Of a DNA stretch of 64,000 nucleotides, positions 34,395 to 48,498 are shown one piece after another; the stretch's first letter is position 1; every line of letters starts with the position of its first letter. A model generated the notes under the pieces. The model did not search any database. It had not been told where the DNA came from and was given only the letters and a program-made list of their open reading frames with translations. The stretch covers positions 17,367,912 to 17,431,911 of the forward strand of contig CM082578.2 in assembly GCA_040954595.2 (NCBI GenBank). The letters run 5' to 3'. Made by a program: the position numbers and the translations under genes. This DNA is from Balanoglossus misakiensis. Its lineage: Eukaryota > Animalia > Hemichordata.

Positions 34395-37300
34395 TCATAT
34401 GAGTTTGTACTTCTTATCAAGTTTTCTACCATACCCTGCATAGGCCTGCTTTGGTGGCACAGGTCTTTGTTTCTCTTTGAGGTGGAGCTTCTCCAACACT
34501 GTGCTCACATCTCCCAATAGAGGGCGCTTGCCTGGATCCCCAGCCCAACATGTCTGCATCAGAGTCCAACACTCGTTGTCAAACTGGTCAAGTCTCTCAG
34601 GCCTGACACCTAGAATACAAATCCAACAAAATGGCTGATCAAACCCTAACTGGTGAACTGAGTACGTGATAAACACCAAAATCAATACCGGGGAACTCTT
34701 TCTACATGATCACAACAGAGCCAGGGGGCAGGGGTTAAGTGATCAACTTGACCACACCCTCACACTGTGTAATACTATAGCCAAGTCAATCACATGAGAG
34801 TAACCTGCACATTACTGTGTGGAAATGTTGATAACATCTTTCAGTCAAGGCTGAGTTACACAGGCCACCTGCCAAACCCAGGAAAAACTCAAAGTAGAGC
34901 AGGAGATTGTATGACCGGGATTTTTCCAAACATAAGAGAACAACAGGATACATTACTAACATGACGGGGGAAAGAGAATCAAGATGGACCTTGAGACTTT
35001 GAGGAAATGATTTCTTTCATGGAATAAAAACCTTAATCCTCAAACTAAATGGAACTGAATCTAACTTCAAATCAGGGTCACAAAATGTTGAGTATTTTGA
35101 TGCTCATTAACGAGTACACAGCTGATATAGATCTAATTTTACAACTACATGTACTGTTGATATCTTTGACCTCGGTGGACCACAACAGCTACTGCCTATA
35201 TTGGTATCTTGAGGTCATTTATGTTTGGAGAAGACTATCACTAATTAATTTACAGAAGAGCAAAAATCAGGCATATGGAGTGTGAGGTGACTGATGTCCT
35301 CTGAGGTAAATGACAAAATCATTCTCGGTTTTAATCTGTTTTTACATGACAATTTTCATTCATTTGACTTGACTATTTCATTTTCTTACCTTTCCTGACA
35401 GCATTCCAAAGATGATCTTTGCTGGCGCACTGTTCAAATGACAAGGGTAGCCTCACGTGTCCCGCGCAAATGTACCAGAAGAGTATGCCAAAGGCGTAGA
35501 CGTCAACGCTGTTGTCATAGCGTCCTGTGAACAATTCCGGCGCCATGTGGATGGGAGTCCCGACAACACTTCCACTCATCATGGCTTCCGGTTTACAGAA
35601 TCCCAGGTCTGTGATCTTGCCCCTGTTGTGTTTGTCAAGCTGAATTCACAAAGAGACAAACAGGAAAAAAACTGATTAAGCTTGAAAGTGAAATTATAAT
35701 ACATAGTGAACTGCCACAGTGCATTTTTACGGTTCCTAGTCTCAATTCTTGACGTACACACCCCAAAAATATGACACTGAAATCAAATTCTATGATGAAA
35801 TCCAATGGGAAGACTATAAGCAGCTACACACAAGACCCAGGACTGTTTTGGATCATTCATTATGGTCAGCAAAGTTCACTTAAGTCTAAGCGCCTGACAG
35901 TGTTATCTATTGAGTGTAATGTTACCATTCTCAAATCCAGACTGTTGGCACTTTGAACCATGATTGGTTCAACACAGTGTCTCACGTCATAACCTTTTTA
36001 CAGGTGAGTTCAAAAGGTGAACTCTAAATGTTGTTGTGACTGCAATAATCTGATTTAGGTCATCGCTACAACAACAACAAAATCAAATATATACAATGTA
36101 CAAGAAACTTCTCCATGAAATGCAACTTTCTGCATTCAATGATCTTCACACAATTTCAAAGACTCTCTAGTAAACTTTGCAATCTCCACTGTTTTTTTTC
36201 TAAGACTCTACAATTTGCAACACGAGTTAAATATGTATTTGGGCATGTTTTCTGAACAAACTATTTTTAACTTAATGTCCACATAGATTTTCATGACTTT
36301 TAAAAAATGTATACATCAACATGTCCCAACAAGCAGTGTTTGAACTGAACAAGAAACGAGCAGATTTGTTTTTTGAGTGAAAACATGCACTGATGTGGGT
36401 TTGATTGAAACACTGTAACACAAGTATTAATGACTGGGTGTGTCAGTACTTATCAGGTTTGATGTCAATAACCCACAAATTTTGTTCAAAGGCTCTTCAG
36501 ATGTTCATCAGCTTGGATAGGTATCTCAAATTCCCATTAAGGCATTTTACAAACTTCTGAAACCCTAACCCTAACCCTAACAATTTATCATCAAAACTGA
36601 TTGCGTAGATGGTGAATACAAGATTGAAAGAACACTGACTTACCAGAACATTTTTGAGTTTGATGTCCCTGTGCACAAGGCCTTGACTATGTAAATATCG
36701 TACTCCATCCACTACATCCATGGCTATCTGAAGTCTACTGAGCATATCCAACCCCATCTTGATCCCGGCATACAGATCTCGCTGCAATCTATCCATGATC
36801 AACAGCACGGCCGGCGAAGAACCATTGCCGTAGCTGGCATCGATCACGGAACCCCTCAACGTAACTATGTGTTCGTGCTCCGGAATAGATCTTGACATTT
36901 GGTGTGAAAACAACAAAAGGCTTGCCATTAGAAAACATGCTAAGGTCAAGGGTCAACTACCTGTGGTTAGCTTATCATCAGCCATTTTGCTAATAGAGTG
37001 GATGGTGAAGTCTATTATGTTGGCATGGTCAGTGCTGAGAAATTACAATTTTATTTTCTAGTGATTAATCATCTACATCTTCATACAGTAATAATTATCA
37101 ATGGAAAGGCAAGTAATAAAAATCTGGACTCTCTGGACTGAAGGTACAGCTGACGACCACCACTTTACTATTTACCTTGTGTAGTGAAACTCCAAGGCTA
37201 GATCATTCCAGTGTTTGTCATCAGGAGGTACAACTGATTTCAAGGCACACGGCGAGTAGGGACCCCAGGAGTCGCAGGCATAGACCACTCCATACTGGCC

Positions 37301-40300
37301 TCGACCTATCTCACGCCCCATCTGCGGCATACCTGTGGCATTGACAGAACACCCAAGGGATGTCAATATAGATAGCAATGAACTTTTGGAGAAAATGACG
37401 ACTCCACAATTTATTAAACAAGCTGGACAGTTGCCAGGTCATACATCTAACTGCATCTCCATCTGCCATCTGTGCAATGTGTGGATATTTATAGACGGTG
37501 TGCCTTTGATTCAGTGTCCATGCACATCAGATATGTACATCAAAAATAAAATACTGGGGCTGCACATTCTCAGTGCTCATGCCCCTTTGGAAGCTGGCAC
37601 AAAACACCTACCATGTAAAATAATATCTTTGAGAGAGGTACTTTCAAGAGAGAGTCTGGCAAGTTTGGGCGCATGCACTTTTCTGATTCTCATCCTCTGT
37701 TCTTCCGTCTTCTCGAGTCGACCAGAATGTTTGCCTTCAAGTTGATTCATGGATTGGTTAAAGGCTTCATGAGAACTATTCAGTCTTGTCTTAAACTGTG
37801 CATGCAAAGAAGTAAGAAGAAATATTTTATATTGTATTGTATTTTATTGCATTGCACTGTATTGTATTTTATTGTATTGTACAGTTCTGTATTGTATTTT
37901 GTACATGTATTATTGACAAGTTTTGATTTTGATACAAAATGCCTAGCATTATTTGAGAGAAAAATTAGAAGAGTTTTGCATCTACTTCAATCCCCACCTC
38001 CCAATGCATCAGAAAATCCTCAACTTACCTGTTGGCAGATATTCTTGGCCAGTTTGGACTCACTGAGGCTATTCATCATATCCAGAGCAACTTTCTTTTT
38101 CCATTCGGCATCAAGTTTGGGCGGAGCTTTCCACGGCATTGACTGAAGCACCTGGATAAGTACATGCACGTACACGGAAAATCAACCATTGTTTGTGGCC
38201 ATGAGAAATCTCTATGATGAATTTGTCAAAAATGACTAATACATGTTGCATACCTGTTTCATTTTCTCCAATATGATACGCACAATGGAAGAACTGGTGT
38301 TGACACTAACTTCAACTTGGTAGGCAGCATTCAATATCTGGCAAGAGTAAGTTTCATACAAATAATAATCCTCAGGTTAACATTTTTATTTTCAATTCAT
38401 TAATATGCAAAAAAGCATTTTCAAGTGGAACAAACTAAAATCTGATAAAAGAAGAAGCTAATGCCATATTTACAAAATCTGCACAGAACACAGCAGTTCA
38501 AAAAATAGCAAATATCCTTGTTTGGCAGAAATAGATTGAATTTCCATCAAAAAACATATGGCAGCAGTAGCCCCACCCCTAAATTATGATTCCATGAATA
38601 TCATACATACTGGTACCTTGATCTAAATAAAACACCACTACTTAATTAATCTGACATTGAAAATGTTTATTTTGTGCAGCTACACTCTGACACCTGCATA
38701 ATATACTGGTGCTCGCACACTGTACATGGCTGGTTGCAGTAATTATTATTTTCAGGCTGTTGTCAAAATATTGTTGTTTACACCAAGAGCCACCAGTTCA
38801 ATGACTGCACAGACCTGTCTGATCATAGTTTCACAATGTGGACAGTTACACTGTACAATGTATGAAGCAAGCCTACAAAGAAAACTTGATCACAGGAGTA
38901 TGCAGTAGCTTTTTCTAGGGTTTTGAAAGATCAGCAACAGCCTGCTAAACTCGTACAGGAGAGTGGAGTGATTTATAACAGACCTGGCTGATGTGATACT
39001 ATGTTAGGCATGCGTTTTTAGCAAACACCACAACTACACAAATCTTTTATGTACCTTTTAGGTGCTGAAGGGGGGAAAAATCACTGATGTGTGAACTTGA
39101 TAATGCAACAGTCTATTTGAGCTCAATTCACTTGAAAAAGATATGTGTACAACATTGATCTCTGACCTACACAGTGCTATGGTTTACATGTTTTCAAGAA
39201 AGCTAATCTTAATATCTGGGTTGAAATGTGATCCACCAGGCTAAAATTCACTCTCTGGGATCAGAGGGGTTGCAAACGTGTTCACCTTATTGTTGTGAGT
39301 AAATACGTCCAGCGTGACAGCTGCAAACAATAAAGCGAAACTAAATCATTTTTTTTACAATTTAATGCTTTTGTAGTTAAGTACAGGTACATGTAACAAC
39401 AGCTCACTTGTCAAGAAGCTGATATATAATAGCACACAATGGCACATATGATGAAAGGTACCGCTCTTTTAAGACAAAAAAACAATCCATATTGTTTCAA
39501 GGTGGCAACACATTTCAGACTAACCCTTTTCACAGAAACATCTGTGTTTTTTGTTTTGCATCCCGTCAGAGTATGACGCTAATTTTATTTCCCACCCTTG
39601 CCATACGTTTCGGACAAATTTATCATCAAAGTAACCATTTCACTTTTTGTATTTATTTTTCTTGACTTACTTGTTTCAGCGCAAGACTGGCAGAGGGTTC
39701 TAATTCCACCTCACTTTTCTCCAGACTTTCTAAACATCTCGACAAGGTCCCGATGTAACTGTCCCTGAGACAGTTCACTGACCCTATGAGTTTGCCAGCC
39801 ACTGCTCCATTCAGCCGACCTAAAACCAAATCCTGGATCTGTAGAGTGCATTTTTTGATGTCCTTGACTTGTGAAATCTCTCCGTTCTCAGGTATGCCTG
39901 TCCCTGTATCAGTAGAAAGCAAACAAGACACCAGTGTGAGTCTTTTTTTTCAATGCCGCTTGAAATACTGAATTCACCAATGCAGACAAACCACACAAAG
40001 GTGTTTATTCAGAACTGGAAGGCCAACATCACACTCACTGACAAAGCAATCTAATGTTCAAGACATGCTAAATTTTTCGGAATAAAACAGGGCATGGAAA
40101 TGTTAGTGCTGATGGAATATCAATAATAACAATGATTGACACAGTACTTCAGTTATTTTCTAATGATGTGAAATTTTGTTTGCTCAAACAGTGACATAAT
40201 TTGCATATATACAGTGAACAACACACAGCATTTATTTCAACTGCCCAATAACGTGAAGCTGATGGGAATGGGTACAGCGTGATAGCAAGTGGGTCAAGCT

Positions 40301-43300
40301 CTCTAGTTTCATTTGAGGTCACACCCAACAGTTATATGGTCATCTGCAAGTTCTTGTTAGACAGCATGTTTACAATTTGTACATGGGGCTGAATGTTAAT
40401 GAATTGTGGTTGACCTTTGAACCATGACCCAGGGTCATGTTTCAAAACTGCAACTGACTTTTGCTTCTGTTTATTCATTATTTATAACTGTGAGCGCCTT
40501 GTCGTACTACAAATACCCGTCAATCATATATTTAAATTAAGTATTCACATTTCATGATATCCACTTTCATGCAAGTTACATAACACGTGCTTGACACAGA
40601 CTATGTAACTTCCAATTTTTAACATTCAATACGGCAACTGGGCAAGGCCAGGTTAACATTTTGACACTGATGTCCATGTAAATTGGATCAAATGCTTGCT
40701 TGGCTCATAATAATTGAATCTGGTGTCAGGTTGCAAATGGAAGAGTTGCATGTATTTTTGAAAGATGTACATGAACAGTAAAGTGAGATTACCCACCAGT
40801 CATATGATCATACCGTAATTAAATAGAAAGGATCTTAATAAAAAAATCTTCACTTTAGTTAAGAGAAGAGTGACTATGGAAAACAAAAATTCTAACAAAA
40901 TGTACTGGTACATGTATGTCTGACACAATGACTGACACATTTCAGCTGAGTCATTCAAATGTGCTATAAATATAATACAAAAAAGATGGCATTCATTAGC
41001 CATGTAACCTTAAAATGCACCTGACGATGCATTTTAATACTACATCTACTAGTATATGCACTGCAATGGTAACATTAAACAGACAAAATGAGCCATGTGT
41101 ATGTCACAATTGCAATAACACCTACCAACAAATCTGTACTTTGCGGCTTCCTCCAACAATTCATCCCTCATCCCAGCCACTGTGTGGATGATCAAATCCT
41201 TCAGCTCCTCTTGTTTCTTGTTGGCGATTTCCAGGAGGGATGCGTAGAGATTGATTTCCCTCTCCTTGGCGTAACGTATTCTTCTGGGCGTGATCATCAT
41301 GTCCCTGGCCATGTCGAAGGCGGTCGTAATGAACATCTTCAAGCAGCGCAAATGGGCGTTGTTCATGATGCTGGCAGCCGTCACCAGATGTGACTGGATG
41401 ATGTGTCGCACGTAAAGAAGGACAGTGTTGAAGTTGTCAAAGTGTTCCACCAAGTCACTGTCCACCACGATGCCGTCATCCTCGAAGTAACCGTGTCTGT
41501 TTGTGTGCACCTTGTTCCTCAAGTAGCCGAGATCGCAGAGTTGCTCGAACGCAGTCAGCCTGCGGTTGTTGGGATCGATGCCTTGCAGCTGGCCGTCTGG
41601 GCCACACTCTATGTGAATGTCATCAATGCAACTGTTGTAATGAGTTGAGTTGTGATTCTCTTGAGTTTGTGAGGACCTGAAACTGTCTTTGGCACTCTCT
41701 GTTAATTCATTCAGGCCGGCCGGCTGCACACAGACAAAGAATATCGGCACTTCAGGCAACGACTCGCGGAGCTCTCGAAGTTCGTTGAACTCTGAACTGG
41801 TCAGGTAACTGTTACTCAGAGCATAGATAACAATAGGAAGTACGTTTTCTGTGCATTTGCTGAAGACCTCTAAGGTGCTCTGTCCGATGACGTTACAGGG
41901 CGACACGACCATTTGGGCACCGTCCTGGAAAAGCTGGTGGTTCAGAAACACTTCCAGCACCGCCCCCCTCAAGTACGGATCGAACTGTGATTCGCCATAC
42001 AGCTCTAGGCTCTCCTTTGGAATCACTGTCACGTCATCTTTGTATTCATGTAAATGCTCGTCCACTAACTCAAAACTATCTGGCAGCATAAGGCAAATGT
42101 TACTCTTGGTTCCATAGCGAAACCGTAACATTCGACAACTAACTGTCTTGTCGCCGTTGTCCGCATGTGGCAGAATCTGGTCCCCAAGTATTTCGTTGGT
42201 GACAACAGCTTTGGCATAGCATGACTGTCCTAGGATGACTATACAAGGCGGTTTGTCTAATATGTTATTCACGCACTCCTCTTCATTCTCTGGGAGTTCA
42301 ATAAATGATATCTGACCTGTGAAAAGATGGAAAACATGGTGGATTAGAAGAACTCAATACAGTTACTTGCACACAGTTACACACTGTTTCAACCAGAGAC
42401 AATTCCACTGTATTGATAAATACAAACCACCATTCAGGCAAAGTAGGTCATGTGAACTCGTAAACTTACATATCTATGACTACCATACCTCGTGCTTCTA
42501 GGAAGTGGTTGGGGAATTATGCAGTACCTCATGAGGAAAAATCGCATAGATTACATATACCGACCTACTACATGTGGGCACAACCTCCCTAAAATCTCAG
42601 ATCACTTACAATGAACAATCCTGGGCCATGGTCAGGTTCACAAACTCACAAAAATGGCATAGATTGAGTATCTGAAGCACTACTTTGCATATTATTCAAA
42701 GTGCCATACATGACCTTGATGCCTGCGGTCAAGTTTGTTCGGGGTTTAATAGCAGGAGTCTATTTTCATGTAAACACAGGGCAATGCTTTCATGTTGACA
42801 AGCACAAAACATTTCAAATTAGGCACTGAAGAAAAGAGATAAATCAAATGGCACGGAATTGACAACATCTTATCGCTATTTCGTGTCTACACTCAGGCTC
42901 AGCACAAGATGAACTGTAATAACATGAGAAAGTGTGTTGACCTGTCATTGATCTCGGAATTGCAACTGAACAGATTAGGGTGTTGGTTACCACAACATAA
43001 CAGAACTCACCCAGGATGTCTGTTTATCTCAAATGTTCAAATCTGCCACTATCTTAAAATTCCAAACATATAAATAACCCACTGGCAATTTGCTTTAGCT
43101 AAACATTAATATGAATGCACTGATAAATTTAGGGGAGCCCTGGTAAAAATGACTGGGGAATCCTGACACTCATTTACTTGAACGCAACAAGTAACATACC
43201 ATTTGATTTACAAAAATAATAATATTCCAACAGGTTTGATCTTGCCAAACAGAAAAGTGTGCCAATGTTTCTTTGAACATACAACAAATGGCCTGTATAC

Positions 43301-44706
43301 ATGTACCAGTTGTTTGTAGTCACAGTTGAAGATTTATGGAAAAATATGCTACTTTCCATAACAATAGCCCGCAATAGGACAATAGTTATACACTACAATT
43401 CACTACCTTTTCACGTTGTCTGATTTGCTCCAATTTTCAATAACCTTTGTTGACGGACAACCACTGCAGGGTTTAGTCCCTATAAAATCTGTATCCATGT
43501 CCAAAAATGTCATTTCAGGCCTAACTTTCTAGATATGGATATAAATAATAGACCAACGAAAGAGTTTTCAATAAACCTTACACATGACTTTCATTACCAA
43601 CAAGAGAAATCTCACTGCATTTGTGTATATCAGCAACTGAGCATAACAATGGAAGTATATTATGAAATGTTATGTAAATATTTTGTCTATAAAACTGTCA
43701 TTAATTGAGAACAAATTAATTCAATTAATAATATAAGTGATAATTGGCATTGCAAGTAATCTCCACTGAGGTTTGAGCCCAAAATGTTAAGTTTACTGTT
43801 ATGGGGATGTTGGAAGTTTATGTATGTGTAAGGGTATTTACCCACCTGTCAGCTGACCTGAGCATGATGCCATAGGGATTCCCCTAACTTGTGTCAGAGT
43901 GACCAGGGTAATGTTCACAAGTGTAAATGAGTTAGTCTGAGTTTTCGTTCTCCACTTTAAAAATCCATGAAATATGAAATACATGGAGAAGGAAAGCCCC
44001 CCCCCCCCCTCCCCCCATCCGTACGTCTTGTAAATGTGTATTGAAGCCAAGGTCATTTGTGACCGGGGCGAGGTGGAATGACAGCCATCCCTACATGATC
44101 AAAGCTTGGGCCAGACAACGAGCTGGGCGTAATATTAGTCACAAACTCATTAACTTGTAAGCCTATACTATAAAACCAGGAGAAAAGAGCACCGCAAAGA
44201 AAATATGTCGTTGAGTAACGTATTTCGTTTTGATGACCAAGCCAGACTCTTGCTGATGTCGATTTCATTTGGAGCTTCGAGTAAAGCGCGTGTTGGCAAA
44301 TGGGTGTTTTTTGCCATCGAGTCACCGCAGTGAATGAATGAATTTAAAGGTTGAAAACCACGTTCAAGAGCTCTGCACATGGTGCCATTAGTGCACAGCA
44401 GTCTTTTCAGACTACTGTAGCGGTCATAAACCTCACGAACACACTCAACTCAGCTCAGTTGGGGTGTTCCTTCACTGTTGTTGTTGCTTCCTTTAGTTTT
44501 CATACCTCAACACAAATCGAGAGCCACGATGGCATAGCAGTGACAACACCTGTGAAACGTTTGACTAATATTAAACTTTTACCTGGCTCGAAGTGTCCCG
44601 TGCGCCTTATCTCTTCGAAAGCAATCTTTGTGTCAGCCAAAATCTGAGCTATATTCCGCCTGCATCTTTCAAACTTAGCGAACTCCGACGGCAGGCTTGC
44701 CGCCAT
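34395..44706 (-). CDS. DSTYK: Dual serine/threonine and tyrosine protein kinase (RIPK5), 10 coding exons, 935 aa
   Basis: Exons (minus): 44706-44583, 42316-41126, 39903-39671, 38337-38254, 38151-38029, 37795-37612, 37332-37176, 36890-36644, 35639-35390, 34609-34395 (2808 nt, phases consistent). DSTYK-specific motifs [92 protein letters not shown]. Confidence 0.97.
36561..36581. repeat. Short interstitial telomeric-type repeat, ~3.5 units of TAACCC, in a DSTYK intron
   Basis: AACCCTAACCCTAACCCTAAC read directly. Confidence 0.7.
37823..37904. repeat. Degenerate (ATTGT)n pentanucleotide repeat in DSTYK intron 5
   Basis: tattttatattgtattgtattttattgcattgcactgtattgtattttattgtattgtacagttctgtattgtattttgtac. 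Confidence 0.85.
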
Positions 44707-44830
44707 CTTGGCATATTGTACATCGAATGCGCAGTGTGCAGAGCGCATCATCATGACGTCACAGTCTTGCGTTGACCTCTGAATCTGAATATGTGTGCAT
44801 CCCCCGGGCGCGGGTGTGCATGTAAAAACA
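44707..44830 (-). promoter_or_regulatory. DSTYK proximal promoter with full CRE
   Basis: TGACGTCA at 44754-44761, ~50 bp upstream of the ATG; YY1-like CAAGATGGCGGC overlapping the start codon; locally CpG-rich. Confidence 0.55.
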
Positions 44831-45044
44831 CGGTCCCTCTATCCACCGTGCATCCGTATCGTGGCGAAAAAGTGGCGAACAAATATACAAGGGTACTATT
44901 AGTGGAATGTGGTGTGTAGCATGTAAAGGAGCATCTGCATCTTTTGCAGAAAAACTGGAAGAGGGAAAACGAAAGAAGCCGATAAACAAAAAGACACAAC
45001 GATGAGGGCGAATTTCATACTCGATGCTCGAATCTCCACTGTGG

Positions 45045-45047
<3 letters not shown>

Positions 45048-45103
<56 letters not shown>
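45048..45103. repeat. (TC)28 microsatellite upstream of DSTYK
   Basis: Perfect CT/GA dinucleotide run of 56 bp. Confidence 0.97.
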
Positions 45104-45106
<3 letters not shown>

Positions 45107-48100
45107 GACAAAGCTTTCAACTGGAAAGACAATCCTGTCTGTCTGTAATCGGTGAGAGGGCGCTAGTTCACATGTAGCGAACCCCAGAGACAACTCCCTT
45201 GTGATCATTTACGTCGGCTTTTGGCACTCAAATACAACCGTCGGATTAATATTTCGCTGGAAACATCGGCAAAGTGTAGATGGTGTCGCTAATGTCATAA
45301 AACTCTCAATGATTAAGACAATATAGTCATTTCTTGCCTAAGCAGTTTATAACGGTGGTGGAGTATTGAAGAGAACCGCGATGAAGAATTGTCAACAAGA
45401 CGAAATTAGAACATCAAGGCTATCATCATTTACTAGGTTTCGGACAATTCATGTCATTTCCAAAAACCTATTAACTTTGGCCGTTCCTGCTAATAGCGTA
45501 AAAGTCAATTTATGATATTAAATTTCACTCAACGATGAAAATACCCTCAACAATACACTATAGTGGTACACATGCGCTCTGTAATTGATCACAAAAATGA
45601 TGAGAGAGAGCGAAATAACACTCCGACTGAGCTTTTTTCAATTCTGAATTCCCACAACGGCACCACAGTGCACTATATGCCGACGTCCTACTGACTCAGA
45701 TTCGGGTTCTCATTTCCAAAGCAAATTTTTGTCCAGCTGATTCCCTCGTTTTAGTTCAGACCCCATTCCAACTTGTGTAACGAGAGAAGTGGGCGAAAAT
45801 AGTGATTTTACGGAGACGACAGAATGATAGAATCGGCGGGAAAACACAGACGGCAGCAAGGGATGCTGGGTGATGTGTGGTATTTCCATAGTTGAATCAA
45901 TACATGAAGTAAAAGGAACAAATCGATCAAAGCGCAGCGTTATCGTATATAATCTATAGTCTAAGACGAACCATGCGAAAGTAAAGACTTTTAAGTGTTT
46001 AATAGACTATTCTGCCGTCGGCCAAGTCGCTCAGCATTGCTCTTTGCAGAAGACGGCGACAATTTTCGTTCGTAAATGTTTGGCTTGATGTCGGAACAAA
46101 AGAAGAAATTATAAAAATCGAAGGAAATTGAAATTCTGCCGAAATGACACGTTGTTGATTGAAGCAACCTTGAAAAAAAAGACAGGTGTTCACTTTTCAC
46201 AGAAATCACTAGACGGACTTCTCTCACTTCAAACATATGTCTGCTTGTAAATCATGATGTTTGTGTCTATCCACCACATTGCAAACACTTTAGCATTGTA
46301 TTTGTTCAAGTTTTCTTCTGTTCTAGTAGACCAGATAAGTTTAGTCAGCTCGATGGAACGGCAGATCAAAGATTATTTTTCGAAACCAATTCGTCGCTAT
46401 GGTGATGCATGGCCATTGTTACCCCATTGATAAAAACAACAAGAGCATTTGAACTACACTGTGCGTCACTAAGAGAGTTAAGGAGAATCCGTATTTGACG
46501 TACATGTAGGCCTTGGATAAATCCGTCAGTCGACATGAAAATTGGGTTTGGTGTGTAGGCATATATATGTAGGTATAGCAATACTTGTGGTCTTCGCAGT
46601 CTCTTGAAATAAGTGACGGAACATGACTTTGGTGATTATAATAACGCGAGTTGTTCTTTTAACAAAGGAACAAAAATATCAAACATAATCCCTATCATCA
46701 AAAGTCCAGCATCCTTGTTTCATGCACATAGGAAACGGCAACGTACAGTAATTCGTATAAAATTCAGATCAACGTTTTCTTCAGATGTCAGGATAATTTA
46801 CGCTGTTTCAGTGCAATGACCTGAGTACATATGGGCATAGGTGAGCCTTATTTTGCAATATTTTGCCTAATACATAGCCATCCTTACACGTACAGTAATG
46901 CTCAAGGCAGTTGCGGGATTGCGCAATCACCATTGTCAGAGACGCTGGCTGTCTCAGCGATCAGTCCGTGCCTCTCGCTCCGGTCGACTCGGTAAAACTA
47001 CTGAACTCGCAGTTTCCAATTGGGATTTGAAGAACACCTCAACTATAAACCGATAGATTGAAAGATATCACATTTCAATACCGGCAATGCAACATTTTTA
47101 AAGAAGACGGTGTAACATTTCCCCGGTTGAAATATGAGAAAAGAAACTTACAGAGATTTGAAGATTATGAGTTTATTTCTGCGTGACGGAGAGACAAACT
47201 TTTGCCCGAAGGGGCATTTGATGGTGCATGATACTTTATTTTATTTGTTCTAATGCGATTGACTTTGTTAGGAGACAGTCTCCATCCGTTATTTTGTAAT
47301 CCAATGCGACCATTCCCTGTTAAAAGTACCAGAGACGGCTAAACTGTAGATAATCCCTTGCAATTGCGCAGTGAAAAAGACACAAAGTTACTCTTCCCAA
47401 ATCAGTCGTTATTTAATTACGATATTTTTTTCGGAAACCATGAACATGTTGATCAGGGGATTTGATATGAAAAACATTGCGGCCAACGCGAAGATCCGAA
47501 TATCTACACACCCTCGGAAATAGAGCTACGGGCTACTTTTAATTAATAAACGAGGAAGATGTAATTTAATCGCATTGCGATAAAATGTTCTAAAACTATG
47601 GTACTGTCAGAATGGGCTGAAAGAAATACAATACAGACACGGCCATGTTGTTAAATGGCTCTCGCGGTGAGTCTTGTATGAGAAGCTTAAAAGAGTAGTG
47701 TATGCTTTCCAGTGATAGTTTGCAGTTTGTAATGTTTCCGCGGGGAGTTTGACGTTTTCCCCGACCTTAATGCCCTACGAAAAAAGCAAGCAACTGGAAG
47801 GTTCGTAATGTCAGAACAAATTGTCCGCTGATTCAAATTAGGTCATTGACGTCCATATGGACGAATCAGGGCATTATATTAAGAAGATAAGCACCAAAAT
47901 TCATTATTTTTTGTCGATAACACAACAAATATAAAAAGGGTTTCAACACCACAGTTATATGCATGTCAAGAGGGGCTAACAGTTGCAAATTGCCGACAAG
48001 AAACAAAAACTAACAAAGCAGGCAAACAAACAAATAAAAGCTATTAAGGAAAATTACAGTAGGCAATATGTTGGCCGATGCATTTATTTCCATGGCAACA

Positions 48101-48358
48101 AGTGATTTTTAATGAAGCTATTCAGTAAAAGGAAATTGACATGGGTCACGACTTAGGTCAGTTATCAGTAGAAGACTCGACTTGGCTTCCTTTGATATCT
48201 GCTGATTATACGTTGATATTGATAGGCTTTGCGTGATATATTTGGAGGAAAGACTCCAGTGTTTCCCCTAGTGCAACTCATGTTCCACAAATATAAATCA
48301 TTTTTTTGTAACCATGCATAAAGCACAGCATCGTGTACATGTATATCTTTATCGTATT

Positions 48359-48498
48359 GCATCACATCATATCACATCACATCGCATCGCATCACATCAC
48401 GTCTCACCTCACCACACAACACATCACAACACCACATCACACCACACCACCACATCACATCACTATATAATATCATATTAGTAATCATATTATCATAT
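48359..48498. repeat. Degenerate (CATCA/CACCA)n pentanucleotide repeat
   Basis: atcacatcatatcacatcacatcgcatcgcatcacatcac...accacatcacaccacaccac. Confidence 0.85.

Noticed and set aside
44759-45208. ORFs with ERERER repeats
   Set aside because: They are translations of the (TC)n microsatellite.
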